The notes beneath the pieces are model-generated. The model was not told where the DNA came from, made no database searches, and saw only the letters and a list, made by a program, of their open reading frames with translations. 64,000 nucleotides of DNA. Source: Bugula neritina. Lineage: Eukaryota; Animalia; Bryozoa. The translations under genes and the position numbers were made by a program. The stretch is from positions 9,518,741 to 9,582,740 of the forward strand of contig OZ037768.1 of assembly GCA_964035545.1 (NCBI GenBank), given 5' to 3'. This document shows, in pieces, positions 1 through 12,564 of the stretch; positions within the stretch are counted from its first letter, which is position 1; each line of letters opens with the position of its first letter.

Positions 1-1177
1 CGACATGTTGTGCTGGACAGTCTTGAAACAAGGGGTTTATCAGGTACCTATGGCTATATTTTACCTCCTGGCTGAAAATAGTTATTTACAAACATATTAT
101 TTGTAGAAATAGAATGTAAGAGTATTATTAATAATAAGCTCAGTTTAATATCTATATAGCATTTTGTATATAATATAAAGTTGTGTAAATTTTCATGCTT
201 ATTATAGTGACTTTTGTGAAATATTTCTAATATACCGAGAAGAAAATGTAAAGTTACTATAAGCGAAACCAACATATTATTTACTATGAGTTATGCAAAT
301 TTGAAATTCTTTATTTATATCTGCATGCCTTATTAATATTCTAGACATGGTTATGTAAAAAGTCGGTGTACTAGATAAAATTTGTTTTGCATTTTTTAAC
401 ATTATAGAACACTAACCTATTGTAAATATGCATAATCACTATTAAATTAGTAGTAAATAGCATGAAATAATATTTACTGGTATCTGGCAGTGGTGTGTTT
501 ACATTTACCCAAGCCCCACAGGCCGCATCCCTGGTACCCAGTAGTCACAGAAATGGAAACTTTTTCATATTTTATCTCCATTCGTGACTTCAGAATTGGT
601 TGAGGCTCGGAGTTGTCTACCTTACAGCAGAAATGCTGGCGATTTGTTCTGTAAAATTGCTTTCAATGATAAAACACAACCTGAATAGTGGCAAAAATAC
701 TTCCAGAATAACAACATGATTAAAGGGTACTGTGTAAAACAATTGTGAGTTTATTGTGTCACATGTTATTTTTAGTTGTAATTGTGAGGTCAGAATACTA
801 GCTTACGATTGAAGTTGCCTCTTTGATTGAACTAATTCCTTCAATTCTGGTTCAAGATAGTCAATGAACACCTCAACTGGAGTGCTGTTCATCACAGCAG
901 CGATTTTGGCAGGTGTCCATTCTACAGCTACAGTTAGTCCAACGACTACTAACAGCAGAAGACACTAAAAATAGTTATAACAGATCATAAATAAACAGCG
1001 ATAAAGAGCACATTATGAAATAAACATGGACAATTTGATATATATGTTAAAACCAGTAATAAGTAATTGAATATAGAATTATACAAATAGACAAAATATA
1101 GGCTTAAAAATGCTTTTGTAGATTTATTTTCTGTTTTGCAGTAGAACCAAAAGAACAGCAACAAAGTATACCTTCAT
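1..1177 (-). CDS. Secreted Cys-rich prepro-protein with EMI-like domain (3' part lies outside the window)
   Basis: Exons 1177-1172, 964-807, 648-478, 71-<1, all GT-AG and phase-consistent. Translation: MKCLLLLVVVGLTVA-VEWTPAKIAAVMNSTPVEVFIDYLEPELKELVQSKR-QLQSTNRQHFCCKVDNSEPQPILKSRMEIKYEKVSISVTTGYQGCGLWGLGKCKHTTARYHQEVKYSHRYLINPLFQDCPAQHV... It has a hydrophobic signal peptide and a dibasic KR site. The C-x-x-W-x-x-x-x-C...R-Y pattern resembles EMI domains (inference). Confidence 0.75.
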
Positions 1178-2671
1178 GTTGAGAATCGTTGTTTCCTGTC
1201 TTATACAAACCTGACTTTGTCACCTGCCTGTGAGTGTGGTACTAGAGATATTACAGAGCCAAAATGGCTGCACATATTAGCTAACATCTGGTAAATCACA
1301 CGAATTATTATCTTTGGCATAAATTGCTTTTAAATAACCTAGTTGATGACTTAAGCGAGATGCTCTAATGATTAGCTATATTGCAGCTGTAAACTATTGC
1401 TGCAACTATTGTTCCATGACAGTCGACTTTTACCTTGCTCAAGTAAAAATAATGAACATTGAATGTTTGCATGTAACATTAGGTAATATAGTTGTCTAAT
1501 TACCTTTAGATATTTGTTGCAGTCTTTGTATTGTATATATTCTGGTGGTAATAAATCCAAGGATCAACAGGGAAAGGATGGCTGGCCAGATGGTGTGGAA
1601 TGTAGATTATCATCAGTAATAAAAAGGATTCAGAATTAACGATATAATAGCCTATATATAAGCCTATTTTATTTATTAGATTAACACATTGATCCTACAG
1701 TAACAAATATAAGCACGTAATATTATCACAATTGGTTATATTATAATGCCAGAATTGCAGTTTTGGAAAACAAATTCAATGGAAAAGAGAACCAGTTTGA
1801 TAAAATTTTGCTACTGCAACAATCCAATGTAAAGTTTAAATGATTTATAGCATGTGCCATTTATAATAGCCTGATCTTCTGATGCAGAATTACATTTAGA
1901 GACTTGGTAAGCTAAGGAGATATTGACTATAATTTTTTTTATTCACTAAAAACATGCAGCAAGCTGTAAAACCTATATAGAGTAATGAAGTTTCAATACC
2001 TTGCTACATTACCAACAAGATATACATACTGCCATATAATTTGCTCTATCTTACTGCTACCACAGCTCTCTTCACAAGACCTTTACCCACCAGTTGGTTT
2101 GCTACACAAAACGCAACTCTAATATAGTTAGTGTCCATTTTTTAAAGGGAAGATACCTTTTTAATATATTTATCACAAGCATATAAAATCCTTACAGTAT
2201 AAAATATCCTGTTTCTGTTCTATTGAACATCAGTAAAATTGCAGTGAGTCTCATTGTGGTAAATTGGGTTTGAACTTTTCCACTGTTCACTCTATACATG
2301 TTACACATTGACATCTCAAATAATATTATTACGTTCAAAGATCTAAACGATAATCACAATTAAAACGAAACTCCTCACGTGGCGATTAGCGCGTAGGGTT
2401 TTACAAAAACTATTTGCACTTGCATCACCACATAGTGAGCTTAATAAACTTTCTATTACTGTTTATAATTTGTTGTATTTTTTTTTTGCAGTTTTAATAA
2501 AAATGCTCAATATATATTTTGTTGCAAAATTTGAGTAAACTAAAAGTAATTTTTGCTGATAGCCTTTTATTAAGAATAGTTATGCAGCTATCGGGTTCGC
2601 TGGCGCTGATATATCCTGTAAGAGTAGTACAATAAACTAACTTGTCAACATAAACATGACAGGCAGAAATC

Positions 2672-5600
2672 ATGGTGGATCGACATCTTCACTGCCTGGC
2701 AAGCTGGCTTACAATTTTGTTACAGACTCCTAGTGTAAGTATATATTTTATCTGTTTTCCTGCATTTGAACAAAATACTTATATTTTTCGGTAGTTTTAT
2801 TGATTTAGTCTAAAAATACTGTAAGTGTTACAATAGAAATAAAAAACCTAGAAGTAGAAGTTCAAGTTGAAGTTGAAGTTGGCATTTTGATTTTGATTTT
2901 CATAGTCATACTAATACTCATTGTGATTGTTATTAGGATTGTTGTAGTCATTCTTACTTAGTCTTACTGATACAGTGATGCTGATACACTTGGATTTATT
3001 TTTACACTACACTCTGACTCATGCTCACTGACCCATAGTCATTACTCAATTCATTGCGATTGTTATTATGCTAGAAGTAGAAGCTGGCTCTGGGTTTTGC
3101 TTTTAACTTCTACTTTCAAGCTTAAATTAAAATTTAGCGTAAACTTGTACTGGTAGTTTAAGGTTTTATCTTTTAAAATAATATTTATATTATCATTATG
3201 ATGATAACTTATTTTATTAATTTATTTTTAAACATTAAACTTACGACTCAAGAGGACCATACTCATACTGATATCCATAATGGTTTATTTCTATAAAAAT
3301 CGCGTATGATTTCATTTGTAAATTGCTTCTTTCACACACTTTTAATTTTGAGATGCCCCCTTTTAAAATTTTGAATTATAGCATTAGATAATCATAATGA
3401 TAGATATTATAGTTACTAAAAGTAAAAGTCAATATTTTCAGTATGAGTGAAAATCGTAATAATATCTCTCTGACAACTACTGGCACCAAAATTTTATTGA
3501 ATTATAATGATAAACTTTAATTATTACTGGTATTATATTAGAGTGAGACTTGAGGTATGGGTCACAGTGGAAAACTGTTGGCACCAACACTCTTACAGTT
3601 GGATCCACTGTCGAAGTTAGTTCTGCAGCCTAGATCTACTATTTTCTTTCCAGTTTAGGTTTTGCCCTACATTACATGTCACACTTTCACTTTGTCTCAC
3701 TTATAGTTAGGAAACATGAATAATTCTGTGGTTACACACTTACATCAGTTAAATGTTGCTGTAAAAAAGATTATGTGTTCTTGTGATTTTTTTCAAGTTT
3801 CCCATTATGTTACGTTATTTTATATCATGATGAAATAGGTTGCAACAGTCTCTGTAGTCAAATTAGTCAGCAAGTGCAGTAGTAGGTTTATTGAAGGTAG
3901 TTATACTTATTGTAACTGTTAGTTGCTAATAGTTATCATGATATTAGAAATAGGCCGCTACATTAATTTGTTTTCAGTTTAAGTTATTTTTTGCCAGTTG
4001 TAACTTGTTGATTTTAGATATAAAATGCAGACTGAGTTTTGCTACTATTTATTTAGTTCTAAATAAAAAACTATATACTACTAGCAGACCACTAGTTGAT
4101 ATGCTAAGATAAGTTAAGCTAAAGTGAAAAAAATGATCACGTGTATCATCACAAATACACTTACAACTGAGCCTATTTGCTAATAATTGCAGTCAAATTT
4201 TTATTCAGTGTAATGATGCTCACCTGTTGACTCTGTGGTTGAGATTGTTTATTTTTAATTTAGATGAAAATAAAACTTTAATTTTTTTTCTTTTAAAACT
4301 GATTTTTATTAGCACGACTAAAAACAATGTGTCATAATAAATAGTTGCATAACTTGTAACTTACAGATTTGTATTACTTTTTACTCATCAATAATTTGTT
4401 AAAGAGGTGGTATGGTAGGCTTTTTTATATAATAATAGTAATAGTACAAATCTGTAACTAACTATAATAAAATTAAATCTTACAGTTTATTACTGACTAC
4501 TAGCTACCATTATGTAATTGTGCTAATGTACACCGTGGTAGTCAAATTCATTGATGGGTAAATTGACGAAGTTCCTTAAGGCATCACTTTTTAGCTTTGA
4601 TTTTTAAGGAAGTTGGCAGGATCCATTAACATGGGACTAGCAGTTTTTACATTTTAAGTTATAATTATGCTCTCATAGTTTAAAGATTATTTTCATTTTG
4701 ATAGTCACAATGATACTCATGATGTGCACATTAAAGATTTAAATGCCAGTGTTATTAACTGTTGGAGTTATGCTAATACTGGTTCTATAATCTAAGTTTG
4801 TAGTAGCCGTGCTAATACTAATAGTTAAATGATAAGTAACTAGTGCTGTACTATTTAATTTAAAGTATAATTTTCATTTATCGTTAAACTTTACTAGCCA
4901 TTTGCAAATGGGTCTGAAAATATGCTCATGTCTAATGATCAGCACAATAGAAATTATACTTTAATGGAGCAAATAATATTTGGGTTTGAACCCTTACAGC
5001 ACCAGCCTGATTAACAATAATAATTTAATTATACTTTATAAATAATCTCATGATAATTATCAGCTCTGGGTGTAGCCGTAACAATGGTTGGTTAATTGAA
5101 GTTATATTACTTAAGAATTTTGAGCCAAGCCTCTGTTCAGTTTTAATATATATGCATGTCTTTAGTACTAGTCAATACCCAATATTTATATAGATTCGAT
5201 ATTTGCATATGTTTAAAAATTTAAACAAAACCATCAGGTTTACTTATACAAAATTATAAAATGACATCCAATAATCTTTCTAAAATAGTACATATAGTTT
5301 ATCATTTGCCCCATTTGGCATGATTTCTATTGGGTGATTTCAAGATTTGACTAATCGAAATGTAACAAAATTGCAGTAAGCTAATCTAATGTTCCATGTC
5401 AATCTAGGAAGCCAGGAAAGTCAGTTGATGGACTTTAGCTAGTCATGAGATGTTAAATACTTGAGTCAGTGAGGGCGGGACAGCCTACACTCACCTCTGA
5501 TAATATTCAATATTGTTGTTATATTGCTATTAATAATTCAATGTTATTCAATATGACTTTTATTATCTAAAATCTAAATAGTATATTATTGATATTAAAA

Positions 5601-8600
5601 CGAAATGAAGGCTAAAGTTATCCATCACTAGAATCCTGTTCCATTCTTAGTGGGGAAAGTGTGCCAAATAACTTAGCTTACCAAGAACTTTTTTTTCTAG
5701 TTTTTTTCATAGTTTACGGTAGACTTACAATTTGGTATGGTGAGCATTTAGGGTATCATTGATTTAGGGTTTAGACTCTTTTTTATCATAGCTGCTGATA
5801 TGCTGGGTTCAGCGACCCTATGGAAGTACCATAGGTCAGTTATTGTCCACCATTTACTAAATGTGGATTGTATAAAGCAGTTAGTATTATGAATTGGACT
5901 ACTATAACTATTATATGTCTTGTTTAAACTAACTGTTGACCTTCTCTTGTATTTTTAGGTTTATGGCTACTACTGTGATAATGACAGGTGAGCTTATAAT
6001 TTTTATTTTATTCTCTTTAAATATAATATTTATATTTGCTTTAAATATGCTACTTAGTTAGGCAAAAATATATTAATAGATATAATCTACGTTCATTTTA
6101 TTTAAATGAAATAATATTAACTATAGTTTCTACACATTAATTTAACTGGAAATTACATTTACACAAAATTAGGCTGATACCAGCTTGATAAAAATAAAAA
6201 CGAAGCAGAAAATAGTAAAGTTAGTAAATAAGGATCAGTTAGTACATTATCAATTTGATGACCAGCTGATGCGATATAGTTTGAGTAAGCCGTTGCTTTG
6301 AACTACCAACATCTATATCAATTTTCTTGGCAATCATTGGCGCTAATTATAGAGTTTGTTGGCAGATTGACCACCATATAGCCACATTAAATCATAATAC
6401 TGGCCACCTGGTCTGCTTTGGAATGTCATTCTTGGGATTTCTTACTTGTCTTCAACTATTTACTGTCATTATACCATGGTACCACTCTATACTTCCTCTG
6501 CTCCTATGAGTAATAATACTTTAGTTACTAGTAGTATTCTCTTCAGCAGTCTTATAACTCTCCTAGTAGTATTAGTACTCTTAGTACTACTAGTAGTACT
6601 AGTCAACTACTACTGCTGCTGCTACTACTGCTACTACTACTATCACTACCACTACTACCATTACCACCACTCCGGTGAGATTACTTAATGAGTTAAAACT
6701 ACAGCCCTACTGCTAGCTTGCCTGGGATTAGTGTAATCTACTGTAACACTGCGTACCATTTAGCTAGTTTTATGGGAATGTATGAACATAGCAGCCACTA
6801 GTTAACTGAACTTCACACTATCCTATTCAATACTGTTCATGATTAGTTGATACAGCCCCACCTTAACTACATTATCATAGCTTGCATCATTTATACTGTA
6901 TAGATTTCGAGGACTCCTCAGTTGATAATGCTGGAAAATATACAAATCTTTTTCTAGCTAGCAATGCCTGGTTATAATCTGCATGCGAAGGGCAATTGCC
7001 TGTGTTTATTGCTTACACAAAATGATTTGATATGTGTCGTATTGGAGCTAGTGTATGAAAGTGGTACATGCATAGCATACAGGTGAATGCCTTAGCATTC
7101 CTGGTGTAATAAATGTCCACATTACAGTGGTGAACTCTAATCCTTAATATTTATAGGTGCGACTTTGACGAGTATTGCTGTGGACACAACATATGCTGCA
7201 CATCTTATAATGTCTGGCAGATGTGGTACTTCTGGTAAGTGATGACTCTCTATGGTGTATTTTACTGGATTCTCAGTGTCTGGCTATTTGCTATCAGCTA
7301 TATGCTTATACAACTGGACTTCTGCTATGGCTGGTGTACTAGGTTGACGTCACGCTGCCCTACAAGTCTTTGTTTAATTTGTGTAGCTTGTTTTGAACAA
7401 CGTGCTAGTGTTCTATCCAGGCTCAATGTTTACTTTCACAGTTCGAATTATGGGTACAATGAGTTTTCCTTGTATTTGCGTACTGAGTCTAAGGTTCTAC
7501 TGCTGCTCAGCTAAATTGATTTCAATCTTTGAATCATGGAATATTTGTTCCCTATCAGTAATAGATATGGTTTTTGTTCATTATGGCTGACACAATGACG
7601 ATCAGTCGTAGGCTCAAAGTATATAGTATAGTATCATGCTTTCGTGTCTTAGCGTGTTAGTAGGCAATGCTATCTCGGCAGCTTACTTCTCCCTCATCTC
7701 ATGCTTTATTGAACCTCATACTACTGAGGTTTAATTCTCGTTAATTTCGAAGTCTTAAAATTGTGAGCCTTTATCTAAGTTGTCGAAAGTACTAGAAAAA
7801 ACTTCCAGCTACTGCAGTGGAAGTTGAACAGTTCCATACTTGAGTTTGAGTTCTATAACAAGTCACAAAATCAACCTCAGCTCCCATTGCTTTACATAGC
7901 TCATTACTGGGGCCGTCTTGGGGCTTCCAACTGTGAATCAGCCCACAGCTAACGAAATCAAGATAGTAAAGAATGCAAGTTTCTAAGATACTGCGTGATA
8001 ATGTACAGCTTCAGTAGGTGTGTTGGTATTACTGGCACCCTCTGAGTCAACCCTAACGACTAGCATCAAGTAACATCTCATGGGTACTTCTGATCTATTG
8101 ACTAGTCAATGGTGTCTGAGTTTGATGGCTATATGTCTCAAGGACTTCATCTTCTGATGTAAACTACTCATCAGTTTCTAAGTGATTGACTGTGAATTTT
8201 GCTGATTTAAGGTGAAGAAGGCTACGGGCACTTTTTAATAGTGTTGCTTACTTACTAAACTATCGGTCGCAGTTGATTTCTCAATCATTTGCTAACTTGT
8301 TATTCTAAGCCTAAACTTCCAAAGCAATAAATAGTTTTGCAGTTCAGTTCATATTAGCAACTGCGTAGGATTATTATTATTATTAGTTTAATATAACTAT
8401 TACGCAGCGTAGGCATATCTAACTGCTCGGTCAGTTGCATCATTGAGTTTGCTCGCGATGACCTGGAAATTCCATGTTGCTGGTTCCATTGTTCCATTAC
8501 TGCGCGGAACGTAGTCTTACTAAATCAGGTGATGGGTCACGTGTAGTAGCATGATTGCCAAGCGTGAGTTTCCTAAGGTTGCGCCACCCCGCGACATTCG

Positions 8601-10699
8601 TAGGAGCCTTCGTACTGGAAATTAATTTTGTTATTCAATTTTATCTACCCATTTGCAGAAATTACTTAAATTACCAACCATAGTCAAGGCTTTATTGTTC
8701 CTACGCTGCTGTGATTATAGTTGACATTCCTTGTGAAATATTGGCTGCTCTAGTAGAGTTTTCCTTAACAAGTTAGAAAATTACTACTCAACATTTTTTG
8801 CGTCATTCGATGTACTGCATCTTTGGTCATAAAAATACACTTGACATTTTTTACAGAAACCATTTTTCTGTAAAATGATTATATTTGGTGACATTTTTTC
8901 ATATCCTATTTTTAGTGTTCTGCTTCAGCAGTGCAATAACTAATTAACCTAGTGAGCAGTGACTATGTGAGCAACAGTAATATAAATGCCAACAGCATAC
9001 ATAGGTTTTTCTCAGCCAAAATACCTTCAGCAAAACACTACCAGTATAAAATGTCATTGACTAAGAGCTTCATGGCGTGCTTCACTCACTCATACTTGAG
9101 AAATTTCCTACCCTACCAGCAGTCCACAGGCTTGATCGGCTTTTAACTGGAATGTGCCAAAAGATGGAATTTCACTTTTAACTAAATGATAAACTAATTG
9201 ACGTAGTCAAACATTTAAAAGTTTTTTTCTATAGCTATATTGGTTTGCCTAAAATGTAATGGTGTCACTGATTTATCTATGCAGAATTTTTCAATTGTAT
9301 TTGAGGTTATCATAAGAGGGGAATTGCTAAAATTACAAAACTTGGTTTAAAACTTATGATTTTGTGGTGAACTTCTGAAAAATTGTTATATAAACAAAGA
9401 GCTATTTCTAGGTTGATGATTATTTTTAGATTATATACATTTTTGTGCAAGTGCCTAGAAAATAAGTTGCATTGAATAGCTTTATGATTGTAACCTCTAA
9501 ATTTAGTTAGGGATAAAAAATATTGATCTGCCAAAGTAAATATTAACAGTGATGGATTAATTTATACTAATGTTACTTAACAGTTGCCACTGCAAGGCTT
9601 TATGACCTGTTCCATTTGTTACCATGGAGTTGTACATGTTTAGCTGTATGGAGAGATAACTCCCTCTCAATGTAACTTTCCAGATGCAATATAGAACATG
9701 TAATAGGTTATGTTAATTTTGCTTCTAGCTGTTGTTGGTTAAACCTTTGTACACTGAATAGCTGCTGCAAGTGCTTTGATATATATGTTGTAGGTTGGGA
9801 CTTGTAATCTTCCTGATATTATTGGCCGGGTGCTTCAGCTTTTGGAGGTATAGATATCAACAAGCTTTAGTGGTGCAGACGTGCACTCACACAGGCTACA
9901 ACCCCCTTGTGCCTTCCTCACAGGTCAACATTCCATCACATGTCATCTCTGTGCCCACTGGGGTAAGAATAATATTATCTTCCAAGTATTCTATGGTATT
10001 TTACTGTCTAAAACATGCTTTTGTTGTCATTGGCCTGGTTAACCTTTGGATGCTGCTTGTGACACATTTTTCTATTTTTAAATTAGTACTAGAAAGCGTA
10101 TCTAATATTTTGAAAGGTTTTATCTACAAGTCAGAATGAGTTTCTCTGGTAAATAATCTTGTTAAATGTGTGTTGTACAATGGAAGAGCTGACTGAATAT
10201 TGGTAGTTATATTTGCATTTTATGGAATACGTGACAAAGTCAAAAGCAATCACTGGTGTTTGTGACTGATCTAGTTACCAATTAAACTCACGTGAGTGTT
10301 TACATGCAAAGGACAAAATAAATAAGCTCACTAATTGAACAGATAAACTATATTGATATGGATTACTTCGTTTTAAAATGCAAATCAAGTTGAATAATAT
10401 ATACAGTAACTATTTGAACAAAAGCTGTGTTAGTTAGTGAGAATCGACTTTGAAAATATAGTAGTGGTGTATTTCGCTGTAACCATGTGCAAGCATTATG
10501 ACTGTTGATGGTTGAAATCAATCAATTTATGTGGTTGTCAGGTCCTTTTTATAAAAATGTCACATTTTTTATGAATTATAATTTATTTGAAATTATTTTG
10601 CAGGCATCAGGAGCTCACAGAGCAGCCGAACTGTCATATACTCCTCAGCAATTTGCTGGTAAAAATGGTATACATCAGCTGCCTGGTGTGTATACTTAG
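2672..10699 (+). CDS. WBP1/VOPP1-family (shisa-like) single-pass membrane protein, about 144 aa
   Basis: Exons 2672-2734, 5959-5987, 7157-7234, 9794-9962, 10604-10699, phase-consistent GT-AG. Signal peptide, then the Cys-rich ectodomain [21 protein letters not shown], then WQMWYFW and the TM helix [17 protein letters not shown]. The CC..CC + WYFW + TM layout is the WBP1 family signature. The last exon is the least certain. Confidence 0.82.
6480..6675. repeat. Low-complexity (ACT/TAG/CAC)n trinucleotide tract
   Basis: Runs of actactactgctgctgctactactgctactactactatcactaccactactacc; this explains the spurious Y/H/C-rich ORF 6446-6688. Confidence 0.8.
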
Positions 10700-12564
10700 C
10701 ACCCTCTATCTAGTCCCTGCACTCTGAATACCATATCAATATAGTGTCATCTCATGTGTATGTATCAACACAAACTCTTACCGACGTCACTGTTCATGGT
10801 CTGGGATTGTCTACTCATTCGATTCTATACCCTATGTTGAAAAGTTCATGGGTCAAATTGAAACACTCCGAGTTGACATGTTCCCACTATGTGTTATAGG
10901 CAACTTGATGCTCGTATAGGAACACAGTGTGGTGGCAATATTAATCCGATTGACACTGTCGGGATAGTTTCATAGTTGTGTGTATCATAGCTTTATATAT
11001 ATGTTATACTCGTATAATTTATAATTATTCACTTGTAAGTTGACGTTGGCCCAAAATATTCGCTCAGTGCCATTATTATCTCATGTTACAATTACTCTGT
11101 TTTCACCGCAGAAAAAATGTCAAATAATATTTATAAAATGTGTAATTTACAAAAGTGCTGTTGTGTTTTGTCAAATAGAACCCACAACAGAAAAATATAT
11201 TGTAAGATATTATGTGTAGAAATAAGACTTATGCCTGTAGTTGTATTTAAATAATTGACTAATTCTTTTTGTTGATTGCTTCCACAGGGTTACAGAGGTA
11301 CAGCAACTAAGTAACTGTAGTTTGTATTTCATTTTTTACGTCTAGGATGGTTATAGCTTCCAAAACTTGATAAAATCACTATTATTTAATATTTCGATAT
11401 AACAGTAATATGATGGATTATAGTATGTTATTATTAGTTTTTATTAGAATAATATTATATTATATTATTTTTGCAATCTGTATGAATATCTCACTTATCT
11501 AATGATGTGCAATTTCAATAAAATTGCTATGATGAAACTATCAGCCAACTTCAATGGTGTTGGATTTGATGTTTACATATATTCATTCTGTAGTAATGTT
11601 CAAAAAAGTAATATATACGTTGCAGTGTGCAGAAAACTCCAATGCTACAGAGTATAATATGGTGTTAGTATGGTGGAAGCAGTTAGCTGGGTGAAATTTC
11701 TTCTCTTTTATGTTTAGAAATTCTTAGCCTATTCTTCAGTAATATTTTACATCTTCTTAATATTGGCATTGAATAGCATGTGAGATTTTTGTAACCTGTT
11801 GTAATAAGCCGTTGGGTCATGACACCATCAAAGGTCAGTAATCAAAGATAGTTTCAGTTACTTTATTTCTAAGTCAAAGTCCCCTATGGCAAGTTATATT
11901 AAAATTCTAGGCACCTCAATTTTCTAAACTATGTCAATTACCATGTAATTCAAGGTCATGGTAAAATAAACAGGTGTTTCTTCACCGTTGATAAAAATTT
12001 TACATAGCCCGAGTGTTCAGAGTGCAGACATGACCTCTATTTGTTGCTTAATATATATGAAGTTGTCTGCTTATTTTCTGCAAGAGTGAATCTAATTGAA
12101 ACCTGATCTGGCATATTTTATGGTCCAGTTTCAGTAGTTGGAGTTGAGTGCTCTTGGTCAAAAATAGCTCTATTACCAGCATTAGATGATTTGCTAGCAT
12201 AAACAGTCATATGCACTACACAAATACTAAATTTAGTTTAGTGATCTTTGTACCTTTGTTTGATTTTTGTACCAGTATCTCATCTACCAATCTAAGCAGT
12301 GTTTATAACCATAATTCATGTAATACACTCAACATAAATAACACAATTAGTATTCACACAAAAAAATACATTTTATTGAATCAAACATAAAGATAATTAT
12401 TAGAAGTAGAATGTATTACAAGGCAGCAGAGCCTCTCAAATTAATAACAGAGAAAAAATTAAGCAGTTCTTGATTTATAAAAATAGAAATTATTAGACAA
12501 GACTAAAAATTTTGATTACACAAAAGATAGCTGATAAGTTGATTTATCTCTCAATGATCTTGCA

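Noticed and set aside
6446-6688. Tyr/His/Cys-rich ORF
   Set aside because: Trinucleotide low-complexity sequence inside an intron.
8160-8180. CTGATGAG on the minus strand (also about 37680) as a hammerhead ribozyme core
   Set aside because: No stem II or GAAA and no flanking helices.
8760-8776. U12-like branch sequences TTCCTTAAC (also about 43463) and ATATCCTTA at about 16790
   Set aside because: No matching U12 donor/acceptor pair; the surrounding introns are ordinary GT-AG.
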